Source of the DNA: an uncultured Oscillospiraceae bacterium
Lineage (GTDB): Bacteria > Bacillota > Clostridia > Oscillospirales > Acutalibacteraceae
Direction: 5' to 3'
NCBI GenBank assembly: GCA_902492895.1
Contig: CABUNG010000008.1
Location: 19,045-83,044, forward strand
Length of the DNA stretch: 64,000 nt
Made by a program: the position numbers and the translations under genes. Shown here one piece after another: positions 9,501 through 19,545 of this stretch. The notes below the pieces were generated by a model, which was given only the letters and a program-made list of their open reading frames with translations, did not search any database and had not been told where the DNA came from. Position 1 is the first letter of the stretch, and every line of letters begins with the position of its first letter.

Positions 9501-10990
9501 AGTTCGGTGATTTTCGGAGGAATCGGCTTTCCCGGGTTGACGAAAATATCGAAACTGTCCGCGACTTCCCCGTTTTTCAGCCGGACGGCACCGATTTCCG
9601 TGATCCGCTCGGTTTGCGCACCAAGGCCGGTGGTCTCGATGTCGAAGACGATGAATTCGCCGTCGAGTCCCTCGTTGGCCGCCCCTTCTACCACCGGTAT
9701 GAGATCGTTGACGTAATAGGCTTCAACGCCGTAGAGAATTTTGATCTCTTTTCCCTGCTTTTTCAGCTTAGCCGCCGCATTCATCGCTTCGGGGAAGGCC
9801 TGGACTACACCGTGGTCGGTGATGGCGATCGCCTTGTGTCCCCAGGCGGCGGCGCGGGAAATCAGCGCTTCCGCATCGGATACGGCATCCATAGCGGACA
9901 TCTTGGTATGTAGATGCAGCTCCACCCGTTTTTCGGGTGCGGTGTCCTGCTTGACGTAGCGGGCCACGATGGCTATGGATTTGGGTGCGAGCACCTGACA
10001 TTTGGCAAAGACGTCGAATTCATACAAGCCGCTGATGAGGAGACAGACGCCTTTTTTAACTGCCTCCATCGCCTCGAGCTTGGCTTTGTCCCGTTTGGTA
10101 TCGGTCCAGAGGATCACCGTAACCGAGCTTGTCCCGTCGGTCACGGAAAAGGTGTGACGGATGCGGGTTCCGTCCCGGAACGCCCGGGTTTCGTATTCAA
10201 AAACCTCGCCCCAAACCGTGACGTTTCCGCCGTCGTCGGTCAGACTCCGTAAAGGGGTCGGCCTTTCTCTCGGGATCGGGCCGAACAAAGCCTTGGCCGA
10301 TTCGAGATAAATCGGCAGACCGTCGGCGGGAGGCTGGGACGGATCGGCCGGCTTCTTGGGCTTCGGCACCTCGACGGGATCGGAAGAGCCGCCGGAGGCG
10401 GGAGAACTCGGCCGCATAGCCGCCATCTGTTCCGCCCGGGCTCTCTCCCGCATGGCCGCTTCCTGTTCCGCAGCTTCCATCATTCTGCGGTATCCCTCAT
10501 CCTGTTCGTCCACCTTCTCTTCCCCGTTCAAGATGAGCGATATCCGCCGCCCGAACAGTTCCCCGATCAGTGTCCCCATCGCAGCGTCGGTTTTGGTGGT
10601 CTTCAGGACATTCAGCCCGCCGTGGCGGAGAGTGACGGTCATCGTCTCCCCTTCAATAGCGCACACGGCGTCCTGAAACGTGCCGTTTACCGCTGTGCAG
10701 CGGCGGCGAAGAAAGGAGACGATGGTGGGAAAACAATCCGCGCAGAGGGTTTCCGGCGGATACACGGGCCGGAATTCCACTGAAGACAGACCAAGACCTT
10801 TGGCAACCGCCCGTTCCGCCTGTTCGACGGTTTCAAAGGGCGTAAAACGGCCGAGCAGCAGCCGGGCATGAAGCCAGCCGCTGCCCCGGTGAAGTTCAAT
10901 TTGATCGACGACGGCCCCCTGCACGTCGGTCAGGGACGCCGCATCCGCGATATAGGGGCCGAATACCTGTGAAAAGGTTGCATTGCTCAT
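6596..10990 (-). CDS. polC: DNA polymerase III PolC-type (Gram-positive replicative polymerase with internal 3'-5' exonuclease).
   Basis: 1464 aa. Has the DEDD exonuclease block FIVFDIETTGL...EIGAV, plus PHP and Pol III alpha domains. Confidence 0.95.
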   Translation of the reverse strand: MSNATFSQVFGPYIADAASLTDVQGAVVDQIELHRGSGWLHARLLLGRFTPFETVEQAERAVAKGLGLSSVEFRPVYPPETLCADCFPTIVSFLRRRCTAVNGTFQDAVCAIEGETMTVTLRHGGLNVLKTTKTDAAMGTLIGELFGRRISLILNGEEKVDEQDEGYRRMMEAAEQEAAMRERARAEQMAAMRPSSPASGGSSDPVEVPKPKKPADPSQPPADGLPIYLESAKALFGPIPRERPTPLRSLTDDGGNVTVWGEVFEYETRAFRDGTRIRHTFSVTDGTSSVTVILWTDTKRDKAKLEAMEAVKKGVCLLISGLYEFDVFAKCQVLAPKSIAIVARYVKQDTAPEKRVELHLHTKMSAMDAVSDAEALISRAAAWGHKAIAITDHGVVQAFPEAMNAAAKLKKQGKEIKILYGVEAYYVNDLIPVVEGAANEGLDGEFIVFDIETTGLGAQTERITEIGAVRLKNGEVADSFDIFVNPGKPIPPKITELTGITDEMVKDAPGEKEALEQFYAFCGDVHILVAHNAPFDTSFIRAAATRTGLPYPFTSIDTVPICRALYPHLKNHKLDTVANHLKLDPFNHHRACDDAKVLADIFIHLAADMKAEKGIASVDGINTLLAGADNKKTRPYHLILMAKNLKGLKNLYKLISWSHLHNFYKKPRITKTKLMEYREGLIVGSACEQGELFRAIFDGKPWGELCDIAKFYDFLEIQPLGNNLFMLREGMVQSEEQLREFNRTIIRLGEKLNIPVCATGDVHFMDPEDEIYRRILQAGQGFSDADQQAPLYLRTTDEMLAEFDYLGKEKAREVVIENPGRIADSIETIRPIPEGTFPPHIDGAEEQIQEITWNRARELYGDPVPEIVSARLDRELTSIVKHGFSVLYMIAQKLVQNSVENGYLVGSRGSVGSSFVAYMAGISEVNPLAPHYLCKKCHHSEFFTDGSVGSGFDLPDKICPVCGEPLSRDGHEIPFETFLGFDGDKAPDIDLNFASEYQLRAHKYTESLFGSDHVFKAGTISTVADKTAFGYVKKYAEERGLVYSNAEINRLTAGCTGIKRTTGQHPGGMVVVPNDYEAEDFCPVQHPADDPDSDIITTHFDFHSIHDTILKLDNLGHVIPTIYKYLEEYTGIPVTEVNMSDPEVYKLFTSPEPLGVTAEQIECDNGTLSIPEMGTPFVRQMLLECKPKTFTDLLQISGLSHGTDVWLGNAQELIKSGTCTISNVIGTRDSIMTYLMHKGLEPKMAFKIMEIVRKGNATKLLTEEHFAAMKEHGVPDWYKDSCMKIKYMFPKAHAAAYIIAALRVAWYKVHRPAAYYAAYFTGRGEDFDAEPVSKGKNGVKQLMDTLRQKGKEATAKEQSQAETLHVIYESMQRGIEYLPVDLYKSHSYKFVLEDGKIRLPFSSVKGLGGAAAQSMMEAREAGPYISCDDLQNRSGITKAVVESLRQLGVLDALPATSQMNLFEM

Positions 10991-12054
10991 AGCGTTTCCA
11001 ATTCCCTCATCAGTTCCTCAACCGCACACGATTCCTCGACGGTGCGCACGATTTGTCCTTTCTTGAACAGCACCGCCTTGCCGTCGCCGCCGGCGATGCC
11101 GATATCCGCTTCTTTGGCCTCCCCCGGCCCATTGACCACGCAGCCCATCACCGCAACCGTAATCGGTTTGTGTACGGCGCGCAGCCGCTCCTCCACTTCG
11201 GAGGCAATGCGGATCAGGTCGATTTTTGTCCGGCCGCAGGTCGGACAGGATACCAGCATGGCGTCGCCGTTCCGCAGTCCCAGGGCGCGCAGCAGATCGA
11301 TCCCCGCCTGCACCTCTTTGACTGGATCGGCTGTCAGGGAGACCCGGATGGTATCCCCGATCCCGTCGAGCAGCAGCGAACCGATTCCGGCGGCGGATTT
11401 GAGCATCCCGATCCGCTCGGTTCCGGCCTCGGTGACGCCGAGATGGAGCGGATAGGAACAAGCCTCTGCCGTCAGACGATACGCCGCCGCCATCGTTTTG
11501 ACGTCGGAGGATTTGAGCGACAAGACGATATCGTCAAAATCCGCCTTTTCGAGCAGGGATGCGTGATAGAGAGCGCTGTCCCGCAGCGCTTCCGGAGTCG
11601 GGTGGCCGTATTTTGCCAATATCTCCTTTTCCAGGGATCCCGCGTTGACTCCGACCCGGATGGGGATTCCCCTCATCCGGCAAACGTCGGCCACGGCTTT
11701 GACCCGGTCCTCTCCCCCGATGTTGCCCGGATTGATCCGGATTTTATCCACACCGGCCGCGGCGGATTCCAGCGCCAGGCGGTAATCGAAATGAATATCC
11801 GCCACCAGCGGCAGCGGCACAGCCTCTTTAATTGCCGGGATCAGCCGGACGGCCTCCCGGTCGGGCACGGCAACCCGGAGGATATCGCATCCGGCCGCGT
11901 ACAACTCTTTGGCCTGACGGACATTGCCCTCGACATCCCCGGCCGGAACATTCAGCATCGACTGCACTGTGACCGGCGCAGTCCCGCCGATCGAAACGCC
12001 GCCGGCGGTTACCATGCGGCTTTCACGGCGTTTGAAATCCGTTGGATACCCCAT
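10987..12054 (-). CDS. ispG: 4-hydroxy-3-methylbut-2-en-1-yl diphosphate synthase (flavodoxin).
   Basis: 355 aa GcpE family with a C-terminal Cys cluster (CPTCGRT...GCVVNGPGE). Confidence 0.9.
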   Translation of the reverse strand: MGYPTDFKRRESRMVTAGGVSIGGTAPVTVQSMLNVPAGDVEGNVRQAKELYAAGCDILRVAVPDREAVRLIPAIKEAVPLPLVADIHFDYRLALESAAAGVDKIRINPGNIGGEDRVKAVADVCRMRGIPIRVGVNAGSLEKEILAKYGHPTPEALRDSALYHASLLEKADFDDIVLSLKSSDVKTMAAAYRLTAEACSYPLHLGVTEAGTERIGMLKSAAGIGSLLLDGIGDTIRVSLTADPVKEVQAGIDLLRALGLRNGDAMLVSCPTCGRTKIDLIRIASEVEERLRAVHKPITVAVMGCVVNGPGEAKEADIGIAGGDGKAVLFKKGQIVRTVEESCAVEELMRELETL

Positions 12055-12086
12055 ATGGTCTTCCTCCTCTCCGGTCTCATCTGGTT

Positions 12087-13274
12087 CTAGTGGAACAGCT
12101 TGAGAATATCGCTGAACGTCACCAGAATGATGAGGCCGAACAACAGCAGGAGACCGATGGCGTGGATCATGCCCTCATATTTGGGCGGAACAGGCTTGCG
12201 GAACACGAGTTCGATCAGCAGGAACAGCAGGCGGCCGCCATCCAAGGCCGGCACGGGCAGCAGATTGAAGAGGCCGACGTTGACCGAAATCAGCACCACC
12301 AGCATCAGAATATTGCCAAGACCGATCTGCCAATGTTCCTGTTTGGCCGCGTCCACCACGACATCCCCGATGGCATCTACCGTTCCGACCGGGCCGGACA
12401 GGTCGTTGAGGCCGTATTGCCCGGTCAGCATACCGCCGAGCGTCCGCCAGATCATGACGGAAACCGTGCACTCCATCTTGGCCGACTGCACGATGGTGGA
12501 GGTGAAGGTCTGCGGGATCCCCTTGACATAAAAATCATAGTTGAGATAGCGGGAGCCGTTTTCCTCGGTTACGATCTCGAACGTCACCCCTTCGAGACGG
12601 ACCTTCTGCGGTTTGCCGTCGACTTCGCGGCGCACCTGCATATCGAAAACGCCGTCTTCATCGTTTTGAAGCAGCATGGCGAGATCGCGGTCGGTGAACA
12701 CTGTTTTTCCATCCACTTTCAGGATGGTATCGCCGGGGCGGAGCCCCGTCCGATAGCTGGGGGTGTCTTCCTGCAGACTGTGGATGGTCGTGCTGCTGAA
12801 TTGAACCCGGCCGTCCGCATCCGGCAGGATGCAGAACCCGTAATATCCGATCAGCAGGACAAAACCCAGCACCAGATTCATCACAGGCCCAGCCAGAATG
12901 ATAATCATCCGGCGCCAGACCTTTTTCTGATTGAAGGCGCGCGGATCCGGTTTCGGCGGATTGTCCGGCATCTCGAGTTCTTCGGAAGAAGCGTCGTCCG
13001 GATTCAGCTTGACCTCGCCGCCTCCGGCGCTGTCCTCCCCTTCCATGGCGCAATATCCCCCGATGGGGAACAGACGCAGCGTATACTGCGTCTCTTTTTT
13101 ACCGAATTTGAACAGCTTGGGACCCATACCGATAGCAAACTCGTTGACCTTGACGCCCATGCATTTGGCGGCGATAAAGTGGCCGAGTTCATGCACCATG
13201 ATAATGATCCCGAATACCAGGATCGCCGCGGCGATCCGACCGACCTGTACGAGAAAACCCACGCGTTTCTTCAC
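12087..13274 (-). CDS. rseP: RIP (site-2) zinc metalloprotease.
   Basis: HELGHF motif, PDZ domain, multi-TM topology. Conserved position between dxr and ispG. Confidence 0.85.
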   Translation of the reverse strand: MKKRVGFLVQVGRIAAAILVFGIIIMVHELGHFIAAKCMGVKVNEFAIGMGPKLFKFGKKETQYTLRLFPIGGYCAMEGEDSAGGGEVKLNPDDASSEELEMPDNPPKPDPRAFNQKKVWRRMIIILAGPVMNLVLGFVLLIGYYGFCILPDADGRVQFSSTTIHSLQEDTPSYRTGLRPGDTILKVDGKTVFTDRDLAMLLQNDEDGVFDMQVRREVDGKPQKVRLEGVTFEIVTEENGSRYLNYDFYVKGIPQTFTSTIVQSAKMECTVSVMIWRTLGGMLTGQYGLNDLSGPVGTVDAIGDVVVDAAKQEHWQIGLGNILMLVVLISVNVGLFNLLPVPALDGGRLLFLLIELVFRKPVPPKYEGMIHAIGLLLLFGLIILVTFSDILKLFH

Positions 13275-14495
13275 CTACTTCGTCATCATTCCAGCCCGTT
13301 CCCGGGTGCAGCGCCGGACTGCGGCGTCGATTTGCAGGACATCGTCCACCCGGCCGCCTTCCGGCAGGGAGTCGGACACGGCCTCTTCCACCAGACGGCC
13401 GATATCCAGGAACCCGATCTGTCCCTGCCGGAACAGGGCATTGGCCTCTTCGTTCGCGGCGTTGGCAGCGGCGGGATAAAGGCCGCCCTTCCGGATCGCC
13501 TCCCGGCAGAGACGCATGCAGGGAAACGTCTCATCGTCGGGGGCAGCAAAATGCAGCTGCCCCCATTCGGCCAGTTCCAGCCGTTTGGCCGCGGCCGGGG
13601 CCCGGTCCGGCCAGGTCAGGGCATATTGAATGGGGACCATCATGTCCGGCACCCCCAACTGGGCCAGGACGGCCCCGTCCTCGTACTCGATCAGCGAATG
13701 GACGACGCTTTCCCGATGGACCACGATATCGATCTTGTCGGGCGGCATGTCAAACAGCCACCGGGCCTCGATCAGTTCCAGCCCCTTGTTCATCATAGTG
13801 GCGGAATCGATGGTGATTTTGGCTCCCATATTCCAGTTGGGATGGCGCAAAGCCTCCGCCGGGGTTATGGTCTGGAGCTCTGCCGCCGTTTTTCCGTAAA
13901 AAGGGCCGCCCGAAGCGGTCAGAATCAGCCGGCGGAGACTCTTTTCGGCCTCTCCTAAAGGGTCCGGAGGACTCCAAGGACCGGTCTTGGTCCCCTGCAG
14001 GCACTGAAAAATGGCGGAATGCTCGCTGTCCACGGGCAGCAGCTTGACGCCCTTACGGGCCGCCGCGGCCATGACCAGTTCTCCACCCGCCACCAGGGTC
14101 TCTTTATTGGCCAGAGCGATGTCGTGCCCGGCTTCAATCGCGGACAGGGTCGGAAGCAGCCCTACCATGCCCACGACGGCATTGAGGACCAGATCCGCTT
14201 CTTCCGGTGCCGCCAATTCGCACAGGCCGTCCATCCCCGACAGAATGCGGACAGACAGATCCCGGGTGCGCACCCGCAGCGCCGCAGCGGCCTTTTCATC
14301 GAATACAGCGGCGGCCTTGGGGCGAAAGCGGCGGATTTGGTCTTCCAGCAGCCGGTCGTTCGAACCGGCCGCCAGGGCGGATACCGCATATCCAAGCCGG
14401 TCCACTACCTCGAGCGCCTGGGTGCCGATGGAACCGGTCGAGCCGAGGATCACCAGACGCTTCGGACAGACGATCTCGTGTTGCGTAACGTTCAT
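13275..14495 (-). CDS. dxr: 1-deoxy-D-xylulose 5-phosphate reductoisomerase. Start proposed at the internal ATG (MNVTQHEIV..., coordinate about ±2 nt).
   Basis: LVILGSTGSIGTQ NADPH-binding motif with Dxr central and C-terminal blocks. Confidence 0.9.
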   Translation of the reverse strand: MNVTQHEIVCPKRLVILGSTGSIGTQALEVVDRLGYAVSALAAGSNDRLLEDQIRRFRPKAAAVFDEKAAAALRVRTRDLSVRILSGMDGLCELAAPEEADLVLNAVVGMVGLLPTLSAIEAGHDIALANKETLVAGGELVMAAAARKGVKLLPVDSEHSAIFQCLQGTKTGPWSPPDPLGEAEKSLRRLILTASGGPFYGKTAAELQTITPAEALRHPNWNMGAKITIDSATMMNKGLELIEARWLFDMPPDKIDIVVHRESVVHSLIEYEDGAVLAQLGVPDMMVPIQYALTWPDRAPAAAKRLELAEWGQLHFAAPDDETFPCMRLCREAIRKGGLYPAAANAANEEANALFRQGQIGFLDIGRLVEEAVSDSLPEGGRVDDVLQIDAAVRRCTRERAGMMTK

Positions 14496-14550
14496 ATGAC
14501 ATTCCTCATGATTTCTCCGCAAAGAGCCGGTTTTACACTATATGCCCCAT

Positions 14551-15396
14551 TCAAAACAGGTAGACCAGAGGGACATACTGAACCAGGATATAGAGCACGG
14601 GCAGAACGAACATCAGGCTGTCGAACCGGTCCATGATCCCGCCGTGTCCCGGCATGATATGGCCGAAATCCTTGACGCCGCTCTGGCGTTTGATGATGGA
14701 GGCGAACAAGTCTCCGAGTACAGACAGGGGCGCGCAAAGCAGGGCGAGCACGGCCACCTGCCACAGGCTGACGTAGGCGGTGTCTCCCAGCGCGATGACC
14801 TGATAGAGATACGCACCCAGTACGCTGCTGCCGACCGATATCACAATGCCGCCCACGAGACCTTCCACCGTCTTTTTGGGGCTGATGGTGGGGCAGAGCT
14901 TGTGTTTGCCGAAAAATGTGCCGACAAAATAGGCGCCGATATCGCACATCCAGGGGATGATCAGGGCCAGAAACACATAAAAGAGCCCATCCCGTTCATC
15001 CCGATGACTGGACGTGCGCAGATAGGCTAGGCAGGAGAAGGATATGGACACCAGCACCGAGAGGAGAAACACCAGGCCCGTGCGCTCGACCGGAAGGGAA
15101 TCGTGATACCGCACCTGGATAACGGCCAGCAGGACCACATAGCCCAAAACCACCATAGCCGACGGCATCGAACGCATGATGACCAGGAACGGCGCGATCA
15201 AAGCAAAAAGCACCGCCGCTGTTTGCAGGCCGCGGTGGCTGACCATTTTGGTCACCACAAAAACCTCATACATCGCAATGGCACAAATGCCAGCCATTGC
15301 GATATTCAGGGCCAGAGGAGGCAGGAGCAGCAGCACCACAAGAGCCAGCGCCGCTCCCACCAATCCTGTCAGAATACGTGATTTCAAACACATCAA
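14551..15396 (-). CDS. cdsA: Phosphatidate cytidylyltransferase.
   Basis: Multi-TM protein with the C-terminal CTP-transferase signature GHGGIMDRFDS. Confidence 0.9.
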   Translation of the reverse strand: MMCLKSRILTGLVGAALALVVLLLLPPLALNIAMAGICAIAMYEVFVVTKMVSHRGLQTAAVLFALIAPFLVIMRSMPSAMVVLGYVVLLAVIQVRYHDSLPVERTGLVFLLSVLVSISFSCLAYLRTSSHRDERDGLFYVFLALIIPWMCDIGAYFVGTFFGKHKLCPTISPKKTVEGLVGGIVISVGSSVLGAYLYQVIALGDTAYVSLWQVAVLALLCAPLSVLGDLFASIIKRQSGVKDFGHIMPGHGGIMDRFDSLMFVLPVLYILVQYVPLVYLF

Positions 15397-15444
15397 GCCT
15401 TTCAGGCGTACTAGAGCCGCATCAACGGCGTTTGATATACCAGC

Positions 15445-16212
15445 TCATATGCCGCCGAAACGGCGATTGCGCTTTGCGTATTCCCGCAGCGCTTCGTCGA
15501 GTGCGGCCGTGGAATAATCCGGCCAGAGGATATCCTGGAACACAAACTCCGTATAGGCCGATTGCCAGACCAAGAAATTGGAGGTTCGGCATTCCCCGCT
15601 GGGACGCAGAATCAAGTCCGGATCCGGCTGTCCCGCCGTATAAAGACGATCCTCAAGCTGTACGGCGTCGATGTCTTCGGGAGCCAGGCGGCCCTTCTGC
15701 ACATCGGCGGCTATCCGCTTTACGGCGGTGAGGATCTCGTCCCGTCCCCCGTAATTGACCGCGATGTTGAGGGTGAGTCCCGTTTTATGGGCGGTGGACG
15801 CCTCCGCCCGGGCCATGAGGTCCCGAATATCCGCAGCCAGAGGCGAGCGGTCGCCGATAAAGCGGGTGCGGATGTTCTCTTTTTCAAAATCCGACAGAGA
15901 TTCCTTGAGATAATCCCGCAGCAGGTTCATGATGGCGTCGATCTCCGCCTGCGGACGCTTCCAGTTTTCGGTTGAAAAGGCATAGACGGTCAGGTAGCGG
16001 ATCCCCCGTTTTTCACAGTGCTTGACAATGGTCCGGAACACCTTGGCCCCCGCGACATGCCCCGCCTGACGGGGCAGCCCCCGCTGTCTGGCCCAGCGCC
16101 CGTTGCCGTCCATAATGATGCCGATGTGCTTCGGCAGCTTTGCCGTAGACACCACCTCGACAGGCGGTGCCTTTTTAAAAAACCAACCCATCCGCCGCTC
16201 CATTTCCGGCAA
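15445..16212 (-). CDS. uppS: Undecaprenyl-diphosphate synthase (cis-prenyltransferase).
   Basis: HIGIIMDGNGRWA...YLTVYAFSTENWKRP motifs. Confidence 0.9.
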   Translation of the reverse strand: MPEMERRMGWFFKKAPPVEVVSTAKLPKHIGIIMDGNGRWARQRGLPRQAGHVAGAKVFRTIVKHCEKRGIRYLTVYAFSTENWKRPQAEIDAIMNLLRDYLKESLSDFEKENIRTRFIGDRSPLAADIRDLMARAEASTAHKTGLTLNIAVNYGGRDEILTAVKRIAADVQKGRLAPEDIDAVQLEDRLYTAGQPDPDLILRPSGECRTSNFLVWQSAYTEFVFQDILWPDYSTAALDEALREYAKRNRRFGGI

Positions 16213-16257
16213 TCGCCCTTTCGAGACGATTGCATGAAGTAGTACAGGGAAACCCCT

Positions 16258-16812
16258 TTACAGATCCATGATCTCTTTTTCTTTTTTCGCGGCGTCCGCA
16301 TCGATCTCTTTGCAGAACTTGTCGGTCAGATCCTGCATCCGCTTTTCCGCGTTTTTCAGATCGTCCTCGGTGATCTCGGATTTCTTTTTCATGTCCTTGA
16401 GCTTATCGATCGCATCCCGGCGGACCGAGCGGACGGCCACTTTCGCCTCTTCACTGTATTTGTACACGGTTTTGACTAGCTCCCGGCGGCGTTCTTCCGT
16501 CAGAGGCGGGAAATTGAGGCGCAGGGTGCTGCCGTCGTTTTGAGGATTGAGGCCGATATCGGAGGTTAGGATCGCCTTTTCAATCGGTTTGAGGGTGCTT
16601 TTGTCCCAAGGCGCGATGAGCAGGGTGCGGGGTTCCGGAACCGACACGGCCGCCATCTGATTGACGGGCGTGGGCACGCCGTAATAGTCCACCATCACCT
16701 TATCGAGCACACTAGGATTGGCGCGGCCGACGCGGATGGTGGCAAACTCGCCCATCATCGCATTGACCGTTTTATTCATTTTTTCCTGGGCTGTCTGGAA
16801 TACCTGTTCCAT
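16258..16812 (-). CDS. frr: Ribosome recycling factor.
   Basis: 184 aa with full-length RRF similarity. Confidence 0.9.
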   Translation of the reverse strand: MEQVFQTAQEKMNKTVNAMMGEFATIRVGRANPSVLDKVMVDYYGVPTPVNQMAAVSVPEPRTLLIAPWDKSTLKPIEKAILTSDIGLNPQNDGSTLRLNFPPLTEERRRELVKTVYKYSEEAKVAVRSVRRDAIDKLKDMKKKSEITEDDLKNAEKRMQDLTDKFCKEIDADAAKKEKEIMDL

Positions 16813-16845
16813 AAGTGTTCCCTCCGTCTGATAGAATATGAAAAA

Positions 16846-17559
16846 TCAGGGCTTTACGATGGTGCCGACCGGCTCGCCGCAGGCGGCGCGCACGATGTTC
16901 TGCGGATCCCCGAGATCGAAAACCAGAATGGGCAGGCCGTTGTCCCGGCACAGGGTGGCCGCAGTGGAATCCATGACTTTCAGATCCTTGTTGAGTACAT
17001 CCAGGTACGTCAGGGTGTCGAAGCGCACGGCATGGGGATTCTTTTTGGGATCGCTGTCGTACACCCCGTCCACCATGCTGGCCTTAAAGATGATATCCGC
17101 CTCGATCTCGGCCGCGCGGAGCGCGGAGGCGGTATCGGTGGAGAAAAAGGGATTGCCCGTGCCGCAGCCGAAAATGACGACCCGCCCTTTTTCCAGATGC
17201 CGCATGGCGCGGTTGCGGATATACGGCTCCGCAATCTGATTCATGGCGATCGCCGTCTGCACCCGGACATCGCAGCCGAGCTGTTCGAGAGCGTCAGCCA
17301 ACCCCAGAGCGTTGATAGTGGTCGCGAGCATGCCCATATGGTCCGCCCGGGTGCGGTCCATGCTGCCGCTCGACCGGCCTCGCCAGAAATTGCCGCCCCC
17401 TACCACGATCGCCATCTGAATGCCCGCGTCCGCGCATTCCTTGACGGCGGCACACACCTTCAGGACGGTGTCGAAATCCAGACCGAACCCCTTTTCACCG
17501 GCCATCGCTTCGCCGCTGAGCTTGAGCAAGATCCGCTTGTATTTGGGCTGCATCGCCAT
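16846..17559 (-). CDS. pyrH: UMP kinase.
   Basis: [11 protein letters not shown]... amino-acid-kinase fold. pyrH-frr linkage is conserved. Confidence 0.9.
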   Translation of the reverse strand: MAMQPKYKRILLKLSGEAMAGEKGFGLDFDTVLKVCAAVKECADAGIQMAIVVGGGNFWRGRSSGSMDRTRADHMGMLATTINALGLADALEQLGCDVRVQTAIAMNQIAEPYIRNRAMRHLEKGRVVIFGCGTGNPFFSTDTASALRAAEIEADIIFKASMVDGVYDSDPKKNPHAVRFDTLTYLDVLNKDLKVMDSTAATLCRDNGLPILVFDLGDPQNIVRAACGEPVGTIVKP

Positions 17560-17675
17560 TCACTTCCATTTCTTTATGGTAATCGTCCGGCAGGGCTTTA
17601 TCCCGGCCGGAAACTCCCCCGGAGTTTTTCATCCTGTATTTTGGCCAAAAGCCTTGCCTCTTTTACTCTTTAGCT

Positions 17676-17704
17676 ATTTTACACTAAAGCGCCTTTTCTG
17701 TAAA
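17676..17704 (-). promoter_or_regulatory. Candidate promoter for the pyrH-frr-uppS-cdsA-dxr-rseP-ispG-polC transcription unit: TTTACA-17 nt-TGTAAAAT (extended -10).
   Basis: Minus-strand reading gives TTTACAgaaaaggcgctttagTGTAAAAT, about 120 nt upstream of pyrH. Confidence 0.4.
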
Positions 17705-17793
17705 GCCAAAAGGCAAAATCGCCGGAATTTTTTACCCGCTTGAGCGGTTCTCTATCCTATTCTGGGTGAATATGCGGCTTCTATGCCGATTTG

Positions 17794-17823
17794 CAAAAAT
17801 CCCCCCGACACGGTCGGGGGGAT
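17794..17823 (-). terminator. Rho-independent terminator of ilvD.
   Basis: Stem AUCCCCCCGAC / GUCGGGGGGAU followed by a U-tract on the minus strand. Confidence 0.7.
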
Positions 17824-17827
17824 TGGA

Positions 17828-19498
17828 TCAATTCTGTTCGAGCATATCGTCGAAGACCGCGCCGGTGGAACCGCTGGTCACATGCTGGGCATACCGTTTC
17901 GCATAGCCCGACAGCTCGCGCTGCGGCGCCGTCCAGCGGGCTTTCCGTTCGGACAGGGTTTTGTCGTCCACCAGCACTTCCAGCTTGCGGGCCGGAATAT
18001 CGATGGAGATCGTATCCCCTTCTTCCACCAAGGCGATCACGCCGCCGGATGCCGCTTCGGGTGACACATGGCCGATGGAAGCGCCGCGGGTCGCACCCGA
18101 AAACCGCCCGTCGGTGATAAGGGCGACGCTTTCCCCGAGCCCCATGCCCGCGATGGTCGCCGTGGGCGTCAGCATCTCCCGCATGCCCGGGCCGCCCTTC
18201 GGTCCTTCGTAACGGATGATCACGACGTCGCCGGCGTGAATCCGGCCGCCCGTGATCGCCTCGGTGGCCGCTTCCTCACTGTCAAAAACACGGGCGGGGC
18301 CCTGATGGACCATCATCGAGGGCGCGACGGCCCCTTGCTTAACGACGGCGCCGTCCTTCGCGAGATTTCCGAACAGGATAGCGAGTCCCCCGTCCTTCCG
18401 GAACGGCGTCTCCAGACGGCGGATGACCGTGCCGTCCGCATCTCTGGCCGCGTCGATCCGCTCCCCGACCGTGCCCGAAACCGTCAGGGCGTCGCGGTGG
18501 ATCATGCCGCCGCGGTCGAGTTCCTTGAGCATGGACTGGATGCCGCCGACGCCGTTGAGATCGGTGATGAACACCTGACTGGCGGGATTGAGCTTGCAGA
18601 TCTGGGGCGTCGTCTTGCCGATGGCGTCGATCTGCTTCAATGTCAGCGGGCAGCCCGCGGCATACGATACGGCAACGATATGCAGCACGGTATTGGAGGA
18701 ACAGCCGATGGCCATATCGGCCCGCAGGGCGTTTTCAAACGCCGCGGGGGTCAGGATGTCCTTGGGCCGGATATTCTGGGCCAGCAGCTCCATGATCCGT
18801 TCGCCGGCCTGCTTGGCCAGGCGGATACGGGCGGCCATGACGGCCGGGATGGTACCGTTGCCGGGCAGCGCCAGGCCGATGGCTTCGGTCAGGCAGTTCA
18901 TGGAGTTGGCCGTATACATACCCGAGCAGGATCCGCAGCCGGGACAGGCGGTCTCCTCGAGCTCGTGAAGGGTACTTTCGTCCCGGGTTCCCGCCGCCAC
19001 GCTGCCCACGGCTTCAAACACCTCGTTGAGGCCGACCCGTTTCTCGCCGTCGGTGCCGGGCAGCATGGGGCCGCCGCTGACAAAAATGGACGGCAGATTG
19101 AGACGGCAGGCCGCGAGCAGCATACCGGGCACGATTTTATCGCAGTTCGGGATGAAGACGACGGCATCGAGCGGATGGGCCGTCAGCATGACTTCGATGG
19201 AGTCGGCGATCAGTTCCCGGGAACACAGGGAATATTTCATCCCCTGATGATTCATCGCGAGACCGTCGCATACCCCGATAGTGTTGAAGGTAAAGGGGAC
19301 GCCGCCCGCGTTCCGGATCCCCGCTTCCACCGCCTTGGTGATGGTATCGAGGTGGGTATGGCCGGGTATGTAATCGCTTTTCGAACTGACCACGGCCACG
19401 AAAGGCCGGGAGATTTCGTTATCGGTCAGGCCCAGAGCCTTGAGCAGGGAGCGGTGGGGCGCCCGGGAGACTCCGGCCTTCATCAAATCGCTGCGCAT
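17828..19498 (-). CDS. ilvD: Dihydroxy-acid dehydratase.
   Basis: 556 aa ILVD/EDD family with a Cys cluster ([18 protein letters not shown]). Confidence 0.9.
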   Translation of the reverse strand: MRSDLMKAGVSRAPHRSLLKALGLTDNEISRPFVAVVSSKSDYIPGHTHLDTITKAVEAGIRNAGGVPFTFNTIGVCDGLAMNHQGMKYSLCSRELIADSIEVMLTAHPLDAVVFIPNCDKIVPGMLLAACRLNLPSIFVSGGPMLPGTDGEKRVGLNEVFEAVGSVAAGTRDESTLHELEETACPGCGSCSGMYTANSMNCLTEAIGLALPGNGTIPAVMAARIRLAKQAGERIMELLAQNIRPKDILTPAAFENALRADMAIGCSSNTVLHIVAVSYAAGCPLTLKQIDAIGKTTPQICKLNPASQVFITDLNGVGGIQSMLKELDRGGMIHRDALTVSGTVGERIDAARDADGTVIRRLETPFRKDGGLAILFGNLAKDGAVVKQGAVAPSMMVHQGPARVFDSEEAATEAITGGRIHAGDVVIIRYEGPKGGPGMREMLTPTATIAGMGLGESVALITDGRFSGATRGASIGHVSPEAASGGVIALVEEGDTISIDIPARKLEVLVDDKTLSERKARWTAPQRELSGYAKRYAQHVTSGSTGAVFDDMLEQN

Positions 19499-19545
19499 AA
19501 AGGTTCTTCCTCTCTGTTAACGCGGACATCCGCGTTTGATATGCG